From: an uncultured Clostridium sp.
Lineage (GTDB): Bacteria > Bacillota > Clostridia > TANB77 > CAG-508
Length of the DNA stretch: 64,000 nt
Reading direction: 5' to 3'
NCBI GenBank assembly: GCA_900553755.1
Contig: USEX01000001.1
Coordinates: forward strand, 29,463 to 93,462
The translations under genes were made by a program, and so were the position numbers. The notes under the pieces were generated by a model that had not been told where the DNA came from, made no database searches, and saw only the letters and a list, made by a program, of their open reading frames with translations. Shown here piece by piece: positions 41,861-51,156 of this stretch (its first letter is position 1; every line of letters begins with the position of its first letter).

Positions 41861-42638
41861 CTGCCAACACCTCCTTTGCAAATTCTTCATAAGCAGTTGC
41901 TACTTTACTATTCTTGTCATATTTAAATATACTTTTACCTCTTGATGTAGATTCTGCCGTTTTAACTGCAAGTGGTATTTGAGAGTTATATAATTTTATT
42001 GCCTTTCCATAAGTTTCTTTTAAATCTTGTATGGTTTCTTTTGATAAATTTGTTCTACTATTAACTAATGTAAGCAGAATTCCTCCAACTTCTAAACCTG
42101 GATTTATTGTTCTTTTAACTCTTGAAACAGTCTTTAACAAGTGTCCCATTCCTTTTGCGGCAAGAAAGTGGTCTTGTACTGGAATAATAACTTTATCACT
42201 ACAAGCTAGAGCATTAATAGTTAGCATTCCAAGAGAAGGCATACAATCAATTAAAATATAATCATAATCTTTTTTTACATCACTCAAAATCGTTCTAATT
42301 GTTATTTCTCTACTCATTGCATTTACGAGCATTGCTTCTGTTGCTGAAAGGTCTAAATCTGAAGGTATTAAGTCTATACCTTCATTATTCTTTAAAATCG
42401 CTTGTCTTGTATCAAGTTGTGAATCATAAATTACTGATTCCATTAGTTGAGCTAATGTAGTTTTTAATTCACTTTCATTATATCCCATATATGTAGTTAA
42501 GTCTCCCTGTGGATCAGCATCTACAACTAAAACTTTTTTGCCTTGATTTTTCAGTGCAACACCTAAGTTAAATGTTGTTGTAGTTTTACCAACTCCACCT
42601 TTTTGATTAGCAATTGCTATAACCTTACAATCAGACAT
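41811..42638 (-). CDS. parA: ParA/Soj-family partition ATPase
   Basis: It has the deviant Walker A KVIAIANQKGGVGKTTTTFNLG and is 275 aa. Confidence 0.85.
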   Translation of the reverse strand: MSDCKVIAIANQKGGVGKTTTTFNLGVALKNQGKKVLVVDADPQGDLTTYMGYNESELKTTLAQLMESVIYDSQLDTRQAILKNNEGIDLIPSDLDLSATEAMLVNAMSREITIRTILSDVKKDYDYILIDCMPSLGMLTINALACSDKVIIPVQDHFLAAKGMGHLLKTVSRVKRTINPGLEVGGILLTLVNSRTNLSKETIQDLKETYGKAIKLYNSQIPLAVKTAESTSRGKSIFKYDKNSKVATAYEEFAKEVLADDRQRQKNGITKDIAR

Positions 42639-42639
42639 C

Positions 42640-43098
42640 TTAATCCACCTCCTTAATCAGACCTATATTCTTAGCCTTTATATAAAGTGAACATTTAAGT
42701 CTTATATCTTCAAACTTGAAATCTTCTTTTGTTAAATTCATGTGTTCACATATAAATTCTTCATCTCTTTTATCTAAATATTTGTATTTTATAATGTAAT
42801 AACCAACTATATCATTTTCATTATAAAGTTCATTTATAAATGAATTGATTAGTTGTCTCCATCTTTTGTATTTATTTATAATTTCATCTTTTTCAAAACG
42901 AATTATCATATCTTCCAAAGTATTATTTGCTCTATTAATTGCTTTTAAATAAGCTACATTTGTGACTTTAATCTTATCTATCAAATCATCTTTTCTGCTA
43001 TCAATTAATTTATCCATATTTTTATAATTGTGTAGCATAAAAGTTATTTCTCTATTTATACTTTTAGGAAGATATATAACATTTTTAATTTTTTCCAT
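42640..43098 (-). CDS. Putative small transcriptional regulator (sigma-70 region-4 / ArpU-like?), 152 aa
   Basis: The C-terminal segment ICEHMNLTKEDFKFEDIRLKCSLYIKAKNIG looks like an HTH. It lies directly upstream of parA. The family assignment is weak. Confidence 0.3.
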   Translation of the reverse strand: MEKIKNVIYLPKSINREITFMLHNYKNMDKLIDSRKDDLIDKIKVTNVAYLKAINRANNTLEDMIIRFEKDEIINKYKRWRQLINSFINELYNENDIVGYYIIKYKYLDKRDEEFICEHMNLTKEDFKFEDIRLKCSLYIKAKNIGLIKEVD

Positions 43099-43142
43099 GT
43101 TTACCTCCCAAATGAAAAAAGAGCTGATTATATATCAACTCT

Positions 43143-43445
43143 TTATCTTTCTCTATCTTTTTTCTTCTTCTCTTTATGAATATCCTTTTGAAGTTTCTCA
43201 TATATTTCAAATGCTTTGTCACCATCATATTCTTTATCTAAGGTTATTTTACCTCTTTCAATAAATTCTTTTGTAAAAACAAATTTACCTGTATCAGCAA
43301 AATTATATCTACCTTGAGTATCTTTTCCAAGATACATTGCAGTTACAGGTATATTTTCATCTTTAAAAAGAGGAATATTAATTGTTACATAATTTCCTGA
43401 TTCCAAATTCTCTAAATAATTAATTGCTTCCTGTTCCTTCATCAT
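43143..43445 (-). CDS. Hypothetical protein (100 aa)
   Basis: ORF only. Confidence 0.35.
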   Translation of the reverse strand: MMKEQEAINYLENLESGNYVTINIPLFKDENIPVTAMYLGKDTQGRYNFADTGKFVFTKEFIERGKITLDKEYDGDKAFEIYEKLQKDIHKEKKKKDRER

Positions 43446-44010
43446 CCTCGACCTCTTTTCTATTTGTTACCAATTTTTTATCATCTTCTGGTACAAATAA
43501 ATTATTAAAATCTTCAAATGCTTTATTAAGGTATTCGTATATTGTAATATCTTCTATATCATCCGTTCCTATTGCATCTAAATCATCATTAAACCAATCA
43601 TTTATATCATCTAAATCAAATATGCAATCTACTGAATTTAATTTATCAACTATATCTATAACAACAGGTATTTCTTTCTTTATAGAATCGTATAAATCTT
43701 GATTTGTAAATATTTCTTCAATCATAACAAGAAATTTATCCTTATCATCAAAACATTCTCTATCAAGTAAACTTATTACATTATTCATTCCTAAAACAAA
43801 TAAGCTTGTATTTTTAGAAGTAGAAAATTCTCCTGCATATTCATCTTTAATGCATTCAACATTATTTATTGCATCATTAAATACTGCTGACTTAACAATT
43901 AATTTTTCTAGTTCTTTTCCTATTTTCTCATTTATATTCTTTTCATCTATTTCAAAAGAGTCATCCTCTAATATTGTTTGTAGTTTTGTTTCTAATTTTT
44001 TTATATTCAT
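43420..44010 (-). CDS. Hypothetical highly acidic protein (196 aa)
   Basis: ORF only. It is the first gene of the operon that ends with parAB. Confidence 0.35.
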   Translation of the reverse strand: MNIKKLETKLQTILEDDSFEIDEKNINEKIGKELEKLIVKSAVFNDAINNVECIKDEYAGEFSTSKNTSLFVLGMNNVISLLDRECFDDKDKFLVMIEEIFTNQDLYDSIKKEIPVVIDIVDKLNSVDCIFDLDDINDWFNDDLDAIGTDDIEDITIYEYLNKAFEDFNNLFVPEDDKKLVTNRKEVEDDEGTGSN

Positions 44011-44085
44011 TTATATTTCTCCTCTCAATTAAGAGGCATAACAAAAAGAGCTAGTATATAAATACTAACCAAGATTTAATCATTA

Positions 44086-44250
44086 TTATAACTTCTCAAG
44101 AACATCTAGGTATTTAAGAATAATATCATCAATTATGTCTGTTTCTTCACCTAATTCTATTAGCTTTGTTCTTTTTTCATTTAACGAATTAATAATTACT
44201 CGCACCTCAAAATTATCTAATTTAATATTTCTTTTAAAGGTTTTAAACAT
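44086..44250 (-). CDS. Unannotated 54-aa ORF (MFKTFKRNIKLDNFEVRVIINSLNEKRTKLIELGEETDIIDDIILKYLDVLEKL)
   Basis: It is not in the ORF track because it is under 60 aa. RBS GGAGTG is about 9 nt upstream of the ATG at 44250. It is a helical, small-regulator-like peptide. Confidence 0.3.
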   Translation of the reverse strand: MFKTFKRNIKLDNFEVRVIINSLNEKRTKLIELGEETDIIDDIILKYLDVLEKL

Positions 44251-44374
44251 AAAAAATCACACTCCATTTATCTTTTATAGTAATATAATAAATACTATTT
44301 TTAGATAATTCAAATGTGTAAATTTGTTATTGGATTTATATTTAAGAATTAAAAATTTTTGATTTAAAAACTAT

Positions 44375-44467
44375 ATCTGAACGCACGATTAGTTTCATTT
44401 TGCGTAATGTTTATTGTCTTTTTTCAAATCTGAATGCACGATTACTTTGATTTTGTGCAATGTTTTA
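44375..44467. repeat. Two 40-bp direct repeats (period 53 bp), each with an internal 5-bp inverted repeat: candidate iterons/operator
   Basis: Repeat 1 is atctgaACGCAcgattagtttcatttTGCGTaatgttta (44375-44414). Repeat 2 is atctgaaTGCACgattactttgattttGTGCAatgtttta (44428-44467). Confidence 0.6.
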
Positions 44468-44663
44468 TACTCATTATAAATTAGTAGCACTATGCTACCT
44501 AACAATCTATCATAGCTAATATATATACTAAGTATTTTATTTTGTCAATACTCTTTTATAAAAATTTCTCTACAGGCATTTACAATATACTCCTTATTAT
44601 AATTCTAAACATTTTTTATAATCTTCTTTATTCAACCTCAGCGACAACTTACTGCACAAATTA

Positions 44664-45572
44664 TTATTGGATATTCTTAATAATTCCATCCCTTTTCATT
44701 TTATCAATTATCTTTGCATAAACTCTATCTCGTACCCATAGTTCAGATGATGACTCCAATATTTTATTAATTGTTATCCACCTTACACCACTGTTTTCAT
44801 CCTCTTTTATATGTATTTCTTCATTTTCATCAGCTTCTAATAAATATGTAACATTAAGATGAACATGTGAACCTACATATCTTCCTCTTTTTTCATGGCC
44901 ATTTACATTAATTACTTCTAGCGAATAAATATCTTTAGAAATTGGAACAACATTTTTTATTCCTGTTTCTTCTTTCGCTTCTTTCATAGCAACATATAAA
45001 AGATCATTATCTCCATCACTATGTCCTCCTACCCATGCCCAAGAATTATATATTCTATGATATGCCATTAGAATTTTTGATCTGTCTTTATTGAGGACAA
45101 ATGCTGAACTAGTAAAATGCCCATATTCGTTTTGTCTAGTTAATACATCATCAAAATCTTTAATATAATTTAGCATTATTTTCTTATCAACTTCTTCTTG
45201 TTCATTATATGGAACAAATTTTTCAATATTATTTTTTAAACTATCTACATTAATTTTGATTTTAATGCCTAAAACTCCATATTCTTTCTCTTTTTCTGGC
45301 GAATAATACTGATACATAGATTTTGTTTTTCTTATTATTTCTTCTTCATCTAGGTATATATTTCTAAATAAGTTTTCAAAAGTATCTTCTCTATATAATT
45401 CAGTAACATCAACTAACAACTTTTCTTGCAAATCTGGTAATTTTGAAAATTCTATCTGGTCTCCAATTTTTATTTGTTGTCTTTTTTCATCATATAATCT
45501 AAATTCAATTGTTTTTGTTCCATTTTTTATTCTTTCAAATGGGCTTTCATTTAATTTCATTTTATTTACCAT
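44664..45572 (-). CDS. ASCH-domain / NUDIX hydrolase fusion protein
   Basis: The N-terminal region is ASCH-like. The C-terminal Nudix box is [24 protein letters not shown]. Confidence 0.65.
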   Translation of the reverse strand: MVNKMKLNESPFERIKNGTKTIEFRLYDEKRQQIKIGDQIEFSKLPDLQEKLLVDVTELYREDTFENLFRNIYLDEEEIIRKTKSMYQYYSPEKEKEYGVLGIKIKINVDSLKNNIEKFVPYNEQEEVDKKIMLNYIKDFDDVLTRQNEYGHFTSSAFVLNKDRSKILMAYHRIYNSWAWVGGHSDGDNDLLYVAMKEAKEETGIKNVVPISKDIYSLEVINVNGHEKRGRYVGSHVHLNVTYLLEADENEEIHIKEDENSGVRWITINKILESSSELWVRDRVYAKIIDKMKRDGIIKNIQ

Positions 45573-46869
45573 ATATGTGTCCCTTTATTTTTTGTATAAA
45601 TTCATCATTGTTTTTTGTTGCTAGCATTAAGTTTATTAGTTGCTCTGTTACTTCTGAAACTGGATTACTTGATAGTGCTTTCCTTAAGCTAAATACAGTT
45701 TTCAATTCTTCTGGTGTAAGCAATTTTTCTTCTCTTCTTGTGCCTGATTTATTAATATTAATTGCTGGGAAAATTCTTTTTTCTGAAAGAGATCTATCCA
45801 AATGAACTTCCATATTTCCAGTTCCTTTAAATTCTTCGAATATTACATCATCCATTCTACTTCCTGTTTCAATTAAAGCTGTTGCTAAAATTGTAAGGCT
45901 ACCACCATTTTCTATATTTCTTGCAGCTCCAAAGAATTTTTTAGGTTTATGTAATGCACTAGGATCAAATCCTCCAGATAATGTTTTACCTGATGAAGGT
46001 ACAACTAAATTATAGGCACGTGCGAGCCTTGTTATACTATCCAACAAAATTACTACATCTTTTCCCTGCTCTACTAATCTTTTTGCTCTTTCCAACACCA
46101 TCTCAGCAACTTTTACATGGTGTTCTGGTAACTCATCAAATGTAGAATATATTACATCTCCATTGATAGATCTTTTCATATCGGTAACTTCTTCTGGTCT
46201 TTCATCTATTAATAAGACAATTAATTCTATTTCTGGATTGTTGCTAGATATACTTTTAGCAATTTTCTTTAATAGTGTAGTTTTACCTACTTTGGGTGGA
46301 GCTACAATCATACCTCTTTGGCCTTTTCCAATTGGGCAAATTAAATCAATTATACGCATCGAGTACTCTTCAGGAATAGTTTCTAATTTTATTTTTTCTT
46401 CAGGATATATTGGAATTAAGTCATCAAATTTTGTTCTTCTATAAGCCTTTTCTGGAGCTTCCCCATTTACTTCACCTACATATATTAAAGCAGGAAATTT
46501 CTCACCATCTCCTGGTTTTCTAGCTATACCTTTAATCTTATCTCCCTTATCTAATCTAAATCTTCTTATTTGAACAGGAGATATATAAACATCTTTTGGA
46601 GTTGACAAATAGTTTTCGCCTCTTAAAAAACCATATCCATCAGGAAGAACTTCTAAAATTCCTTCAACAATTTCATCTCCCTCATTGGTTAATTTATATC
46701 CAGAATCATTATTATTAGTGCTTGATTCCTCTGTAGATAATGTTTCACTAGTTAATGCTTTTATTAATTCATCTTTTTTTAATTTTGATACATTTTGTAT
46801 CCCTTTTTCTTTGGCTAATTGCCTTAATTCGACTAATGTGCAATCTGTAAAATTCATATTTTCCTCCAT
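45562..46869 (-). CDS. rho: Transcription termination factor Rho
   Basis: It has an N-terminal Rho_N domain and a cold-shock-like RNA-binding region. Walker A is [18 protein letters not shown]. The Q/R-loop region is characteristic. It is 435 aa. Confidence 0.9.
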   Translation of the reverse strand: MEENMNFTDCTLVELRQLAKEKGIQNVSKLKKDELIKALTSETLSTEESSTNNNDSGYKLTNEGDEIVEGILEVLPDGYGFLRGENYLSTPKDVYISPVQIRRFRLDKGDKIKGIARKPGDGEKFPALIYVGEVNGEAPEKAYRRTKFDDLIPIYPEEKIKLETIPEEYSMRIIDLICPIGKGQRGMIVAPPKVGKTTLLKKIAKSISSNNPEIELIVLLIDERPEEVTDMKRSINGDVIYSTFDELPEHHVKVAEMVLERAKRLVEQGKDVVILLDSITRLARAYNLVVPSSGKTLSGGFDPSALHKPKKFFGAARNIENGGSLTILATALIETGSRMDDVIFEEFKGTGNMEVHLDRSLSEKRIFPAININKSGTRREEKLLTPEELKTVFSLRKALSSNPVSEVTEQLINLMLATKNNDEFIQKIKGHIYGK

Positions 46870-47010
46870 TCATATATTAAAAAATTATATTTATTTTTTG
46901 TTGGGATTTTTTAGATTTTATAAGTAATTTAAAATAATTTATTGAAAAAATTGTTGAAATTTAAATGAACAAAATTTAAGAAAAGAGAGAAAATAATAAT
47001 ATTTTCTCTT

Positions 47011-47292
47011 TTATTTATCTACATCTACGTATATTCTTTCGTTAGGTAAGTACATGTCTAATTTTTCTCTAGCTACTTCTTCTATGTAATCAATAGAAGA
47101 TACACTCTCTTTAGTAGCTAACAGCTTTTCTTTTGTTTCGTTAGCTGTTTGAATCTTTTTTGAATAATCATCTTCAGTTTTTTTATATGTATTTAATGTT
47201 TTTTGTTGTGATATTAAAGTTACTACAAAATACAACATAATCATACCAATAAATATTTTTTTGTATAATTTTTTCATATGTAATATCTCCAT
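47011..47292 (-). CDS. divIC: Septum formation initiator (DivIC/FtsB family)
   Basis: It has a single TM and a coiled coil, ending EEVAREKLDMYLPNERIY, which is typical of FtsB/DivIC. Its position is downstream of yabP-yabQ, as in Bacillus. Confidence 0.6.
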   Translation of the reverse strand: MEILHMKKLYKKIFIGMIMLYFVVTLISQQKTLNTYKKTEDDYSKKIQTANETKEKLLATKESVSSIDYIEEVAREKLDMYLPNERIYVDVDK

Positions 47293-47329
47293 TTTTATAA
47301 TTTAATCAACTATATTATATTATTCTACA

Positions 47330-47644
47330 TTATGTACTAAAATCCTTTCTTTTAAGAAAAATTTTTTTATTTTTTTTACTTGGTTTTATATTTTTCTTCA
47401 TTTTTTTAAGGTTAATAACTAATAGCATTAATGGTTTGTTTAATAATTTCTTTATACCTTTAAGTAAATAAATAAACGGTAATGCGCATACATACAATAC
47501 TTTACTTAATACAAATTTTAGCATTTTTATAAGTTTTACATTAATCTTGATGAAATATTTGCTAATGCTTAATAAATATGCTATTATTCCCAATGTAAGA
47601 GCACAAAACATATACAATCGTATATTACCGATTGTTATAAACAA
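47330..47644 (-). CDS. Membrane protein with basic tail (104 aa); possibly C-terminal part of a split yabQ
   Basis: Its start overlaps the 3' end of the yabQ ORF by 20 nt in another frame. Confidence 0.3.
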   Translation of the reverse strand: MFITIGNIRLYMFCALTLGIIAYLLSISKYFIKINVKLIKMLKFVLSKVLYVCALPFIYLLKGIKKLLNKPLMLLVINLKKMKKNIKPSKKNKKIFLKRKDFST

Positions 47645-47831
47645 ATATAATAAATATTAAGAAAATCTCTGTTATTATGCCAAATAAAATATCCTCTAAA
47701 AATGTATGAAAATCATTTATTTTAAAGGATCTCCTTATTATTCTAAATATATCAAAAAAAATTCCTATAATTATGCCACTGGCAAAAAATATTAAAAACA
47801 AATTTAATTGTTTTACACTATCAGAATTCAT
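47625..47831 (-). CDS. yabQ: Spore cortex biosynthesis protein YabQ-like (68 aa ORF)
   Basis: It is a small two-TM protein immediately after yabP. The motif FFDIFRIIRR is present. Confidence 0.5.
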   Translation of the reverse strand: MNSDSVKQLNLFLIFFASGIIIGIFFDIFRIIRRSFKINDFHTFLEDILFGIITEIFLIFIIFVYNNR

Positions 47832-47845
47832 AATACAGTATATCC

Positions 47846-48142
47846 TTATTTAAATATTTTTCCTAAGATACTAGTACTTTTCTTTGCTAAATCGCCTTCA
47901 CTATATCCTAAATTATATATTTCTCCTTCTATTATTATTTCCGAACTATCTATACTTAATTTATTTATCCTTAGGTCTTCGCCTTTTACAGTCAAAAGGC
48001 CTAATTGTGTTTCTACTATTACAATTTGGTCATCAAAGCTTAAAACATCTAGCACTCCTGTAATTGTTAATTTTTCTCGACTTTCCAATATTACATTTTG
48101 GATAATATTATTATTTTGTGTTAATCCATTCCTATCGTCCAT
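47846..48142 (-). CDS. yabP: Sporulation protein YabP
   Basis: The signature LTITGVLDVLSFDDQIVIVETQLGLLTVKGEDLRINKLS is present. It is 98 aa. Confidence 0.75.
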   Translation of the reverse strand: MDDRNGLTQNNNIIQNVILESREKLTITGVLDVLSFDDQIVIVETQLGLLTVKGEDLRINKLSIDSSEIIIEGEIYNLGYSEGDLAKKSTSILGKIFK

Positions 48143-48291
48143 ATTATTTTCATCCTTTCTGAAAAATCATATATTTCATTATATGCTAGTCTTGTCTTTT
48201 TTAGAACAGTATATTTCTTTTTCAAATTTATTGATTTTTTATATATTTATAGCTATAATAATTATTAATATTTAATAAAAAGGAGGTAAAA

Positions 48292-48960
48292 ATGCAAGAA
48301 CCTATAGTAGAAACAAACCAGAATAAAATTTTAGGAAAGACTTTTTTCTTGATGTTTTTAGGATTGCTTGGAACAGCTTTAGTAGCAATTTACTTATACT
48401 CATCAGGAAGAATTGTAAAATTATTGACAACTAATATGCTTGAGGTAATGGTATTAGTTGAGTTTTTGGTAGTGATTTTATTTAGTTTATTGTTTAAAAA
48501 GCTGCCAGCATCTGTAGTAACTATTTTATATTTTGTATATGCATTTATTAATGGTGTTTCGTTTTCTTTAATATTTGCTGCTTTTGAGTTAAATTCTATA
48601 ATTTACTTATTCGTAGCAGCTGCAGCACTTTTTGGAATATTTGCTTATATGGGATATAAATCAAAAAAAGATTTAAGTAATTGGTCTAATTACTTAATGC
48701 CCTTGCTTTTTGTTTGTTTAATTGTTAGTATCGTGAATATATTTTTAGGCAATTCTCTACTTGATATTATTTTAGACTGGGTTATATTAATTTTATTCTT
48801 TGCTATAACAATGTATGATATAAATAAAATTAAAGAACTTCAGCATGTAGAATGTATTGACCAGAATAAAATTTATGTTTATGGTGCAATGGAATTATAC
48901 CTTGATTTTATAAATATTTTTATACGCATTTTATCTATATTTGGAAAACGTAAAGATTAA
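48292..48960 (+). CDS. Bax-inhibitor-1/YccA-family membrane protein
   Basis: It has 7 predicted TM helices, and its size and topology fit the BI-1 family. RBS AAAGGAGG is present. Confidence 0.65.
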   Translation: MQEPIVETNQNKILGKTFFLMFLGLLGTALVAIYLYSSGRIVKLLTTNMLEVMVLVEFLVVILFSLLFKKLPASVVTILYFVYAFINGVSFSLIFAAFELNSIIYLFVAAAALFGIFAYMGYKSKKDLSNWSNYLMPLLFVCLIVSIVNIFLGNSLLDIILDWVILILFFAITMYDINKIKELQHVECIDQNKIYVYGAMELYLDFINIFIRILSIFGKRKD

Positions 48961-48987
48961 AAATAAGATTGGAAGCTAATTCCAGTC

Positions 48988-50089
48988 TTATTTTTGCTTT
49001 AAATAACTATCTATAAAATCATTTATATCTCCATCCATAACTGCCTGCACATTGCCTGTTTCATAACCAGTTCTATGGTCTTTTACAAGCGTATATGGAC
49101 AAAAAACATATGAACGAATTTGGCTTCCCCACGCTATATCCATTTGAGAACCTTTTAAATCTTCTATTTTATCTTTATGCTCTTTTTCTTTTAAATCCAA
49201 TAACTTTGATTTCAGCATTTTCATGGCCGTTTCTCTGTTTTGAATTTGAGAACGCTCAGATTGACAAGCAACTACTATATTGGTTGGCAAATGTGTTATT
49301 CTTACAGCAGATGAAGTTTTGTTTATATGCTGTCCTCCAGCACCTGAAGCACGATAAGTATCAATTCGTAAATCTTCTGGGTTAATATCTATTTCTATAT
49401 CTTCCGTTATTTCTGGCAATACTTCCACAGAAGCAAAGGATGTATGCCTTCTTCCTCCAGCGTCAAAAGGAGATATCCTTACTAGTCTATGTACTCCCAT
49501 TTCACCTTTTAAATATCCATATGCATATTCACCAATTACTAGAAATGTTACACTTTTTATTCCTGCCTCTTCCCCATCTAATCTATCTAGTTCCTTTATG
49601 TCATAACTATTTTGATTTGCCCATCTTAAATACATTCTGTATAGCATCTGTACCCAGTCTTGTGCTTCAGTTCCTCCAGCTCCAGGATGTAATGTAACTA
49701 TAGCATTATTCTGATCATATTTTCCTGATAATAGAGTATTTATTTCTAGCTTTTTTAATTTCTTTTCTATTTCGTTTGTCATTTTTAAGATTTCAATAGC
49801 TTCATCATCAGAATACTCTTCTTCTATCAATAAGTTATTATAATCTACTAAATCTTCTAATTCTATTTTTATCTTCTTGTAATCTTCTACTTTTGACTTT
49901 ATAAAATTTATTTTCTTCAGAACTTTACTAGATTTCGCAGAGTCATCCCAGAAGTTATTTTCCAAGGTTTTTTCTTCTAATCCTTTAAGCTCTTTTTCCA
50001 ATAAATCAATGTCAAAGTGAATCACCTATTTCTTGTAATTTCTCTTTTAAAGTATTAATTTTTTTAGCATTTTCTTCCAAATCAATCAC
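48988..50089 (-). CDS. prfB: Peptide chain release factor 2 with programmed +1 frameshift
   Basis: The GGQ motif (RASGAGGQHINKTSSAVR) and the SPF tripeptide (RISPFDAGG) are present. Frame 0 starts at GTG 50089 (RBS AAGAGGTG), and 25 codons (VIDLEENAKKINTLKEKLQEIGDSL) end at CTT TGA C (50017-50012). That is the conserved RF2 shift site, preceded by the SD-like AGGTGA. A +1 shift continues DIDLLEKELKG... to the stop at 48988. Confidence 0.85.
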
Positions 50090-50194
50090 AAAATCACCTC
50101 TTTACTATTTTATACTTTATCATAACTACATAATTTTATCAACATAAAATTAATATCTACCTAACAATTATGCTAGGTAGATATCTTGAGGAAG

Positions 50195-50560
50195 CTACTT
50201 TTTTCTAACTGCTTCATAATATGTCTTTGTATTGTATGCCTCTTTAATGAAGTCAGCATGCAAATATTGCATTCTTTTTTGCAAATCCTTCAATGCCTTA
50301 CTTTTACAAGTAAGCTTTATGAAATCTTTGCGATTCTTTCTAAGGTTCTCTTGAATCTTCAGCTGCGTTTCATACACAGGAGTTTCTAACTTCTTCCAGT
50401 CATTTAATAGATTTTTCGAATCTATTCTATTCTGGCAAATCAATTTCTCCAATTCCTTTCGCTGACGTTTGAGTTCCGTCATGATTTTCTCTGTTTTTAT
50501 TATCGAATCCCGATAGAACTGTAACCTTTCTTCTAGTTTTTTTGTTGACATGTACAGCAT
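50195..50560 (-). CDS. Hypothetical coiled-coil protein (121 aa)
   Basis: It is an ORF with a strong RBS GAGGAGGAAAG. A 40-aa fragmentary ORF lies just upstream. Confidence 0.4.
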   Translation of the reverse strand: MLYMSTKKLEERLQFYRDSIIKTEKIMTELKRQRKELEKLICQNRIDSKNLLNDWKKLETPVYETQLKIQENLRKNRKDFIKLTCKSKALKDLQKRMQYLHADFIKEAYNTKTYYEAVRKK

Positions 50561-51105
50561 ATACTTTCCTCCTCAAAATTATTATTACACGCCTTTAATA
50601 TTATAACATGTTGTTATCTTTTAGTCAAAAAATTAATTTTCCTCACGTATTCTGCAGTCAGATATATCAGGCTTTTGAATATCCTCATCTTTTATTACAT
50701 CAAACTCATAAAATCTTTCTGTTATCCATGTACCATTCATAGTTCTCATTACTAATCCAGATTCTTTATCTACCCATGCTCTTGATTATAAATATTTAAT
50801 TTTGCCATTGTAATCCCCACCTATAAAATTACCACATTATCTATGCAAAATTTGTCGAAATTAAATTATTAAAATATTGTGTAATAAAATCAAATAAATT
50901 TTCATCAAAATTACTTGCAAAAGGAATAATTCCAATTATTTTTAAAACTATTAATATACCAAATATAATAAAAGCATAAATAACATATAAAATTGTATAT
51001 TCTATACTTCATATGTTACTATATGCCCTAATACTTTTACTAACTTATACACCTTTTATATCTCTCACCTTTCTTATATTTTATACAATAATTATATAAA
51101 TTAAA

Positions 51106-51125
51106 GGCTCTATGTCAATAGAGCC
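51106..51125 (-). terminator. Rho-independent terminator after AAA+ ATPase gene
   Basis: Stem GGCTCTAT / ATAGAGCC, followed on the minus strand by a T-rich tract. Confidence 0.5.
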
Positions 51126-51156
51126 AAACAATTTCATTATTATTTTGTTTTTTAAA

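Noticed and set aside
40910-42638. A canonical chromosomal-type parS (tGTTTCACGTGAAACa) for the ParB
   Set aside because: No match was seen in the window. The direct repeats at 44375-44467 are proposed instead as a possible centromere/iteron, but this is unproven.
47808-48275. 155-aa plus-strand ORF overlapping yabP/yabQ
   Set aside because: It is antisense to the conserved sporulation genes and is a hydrophobic low-complexity translation.
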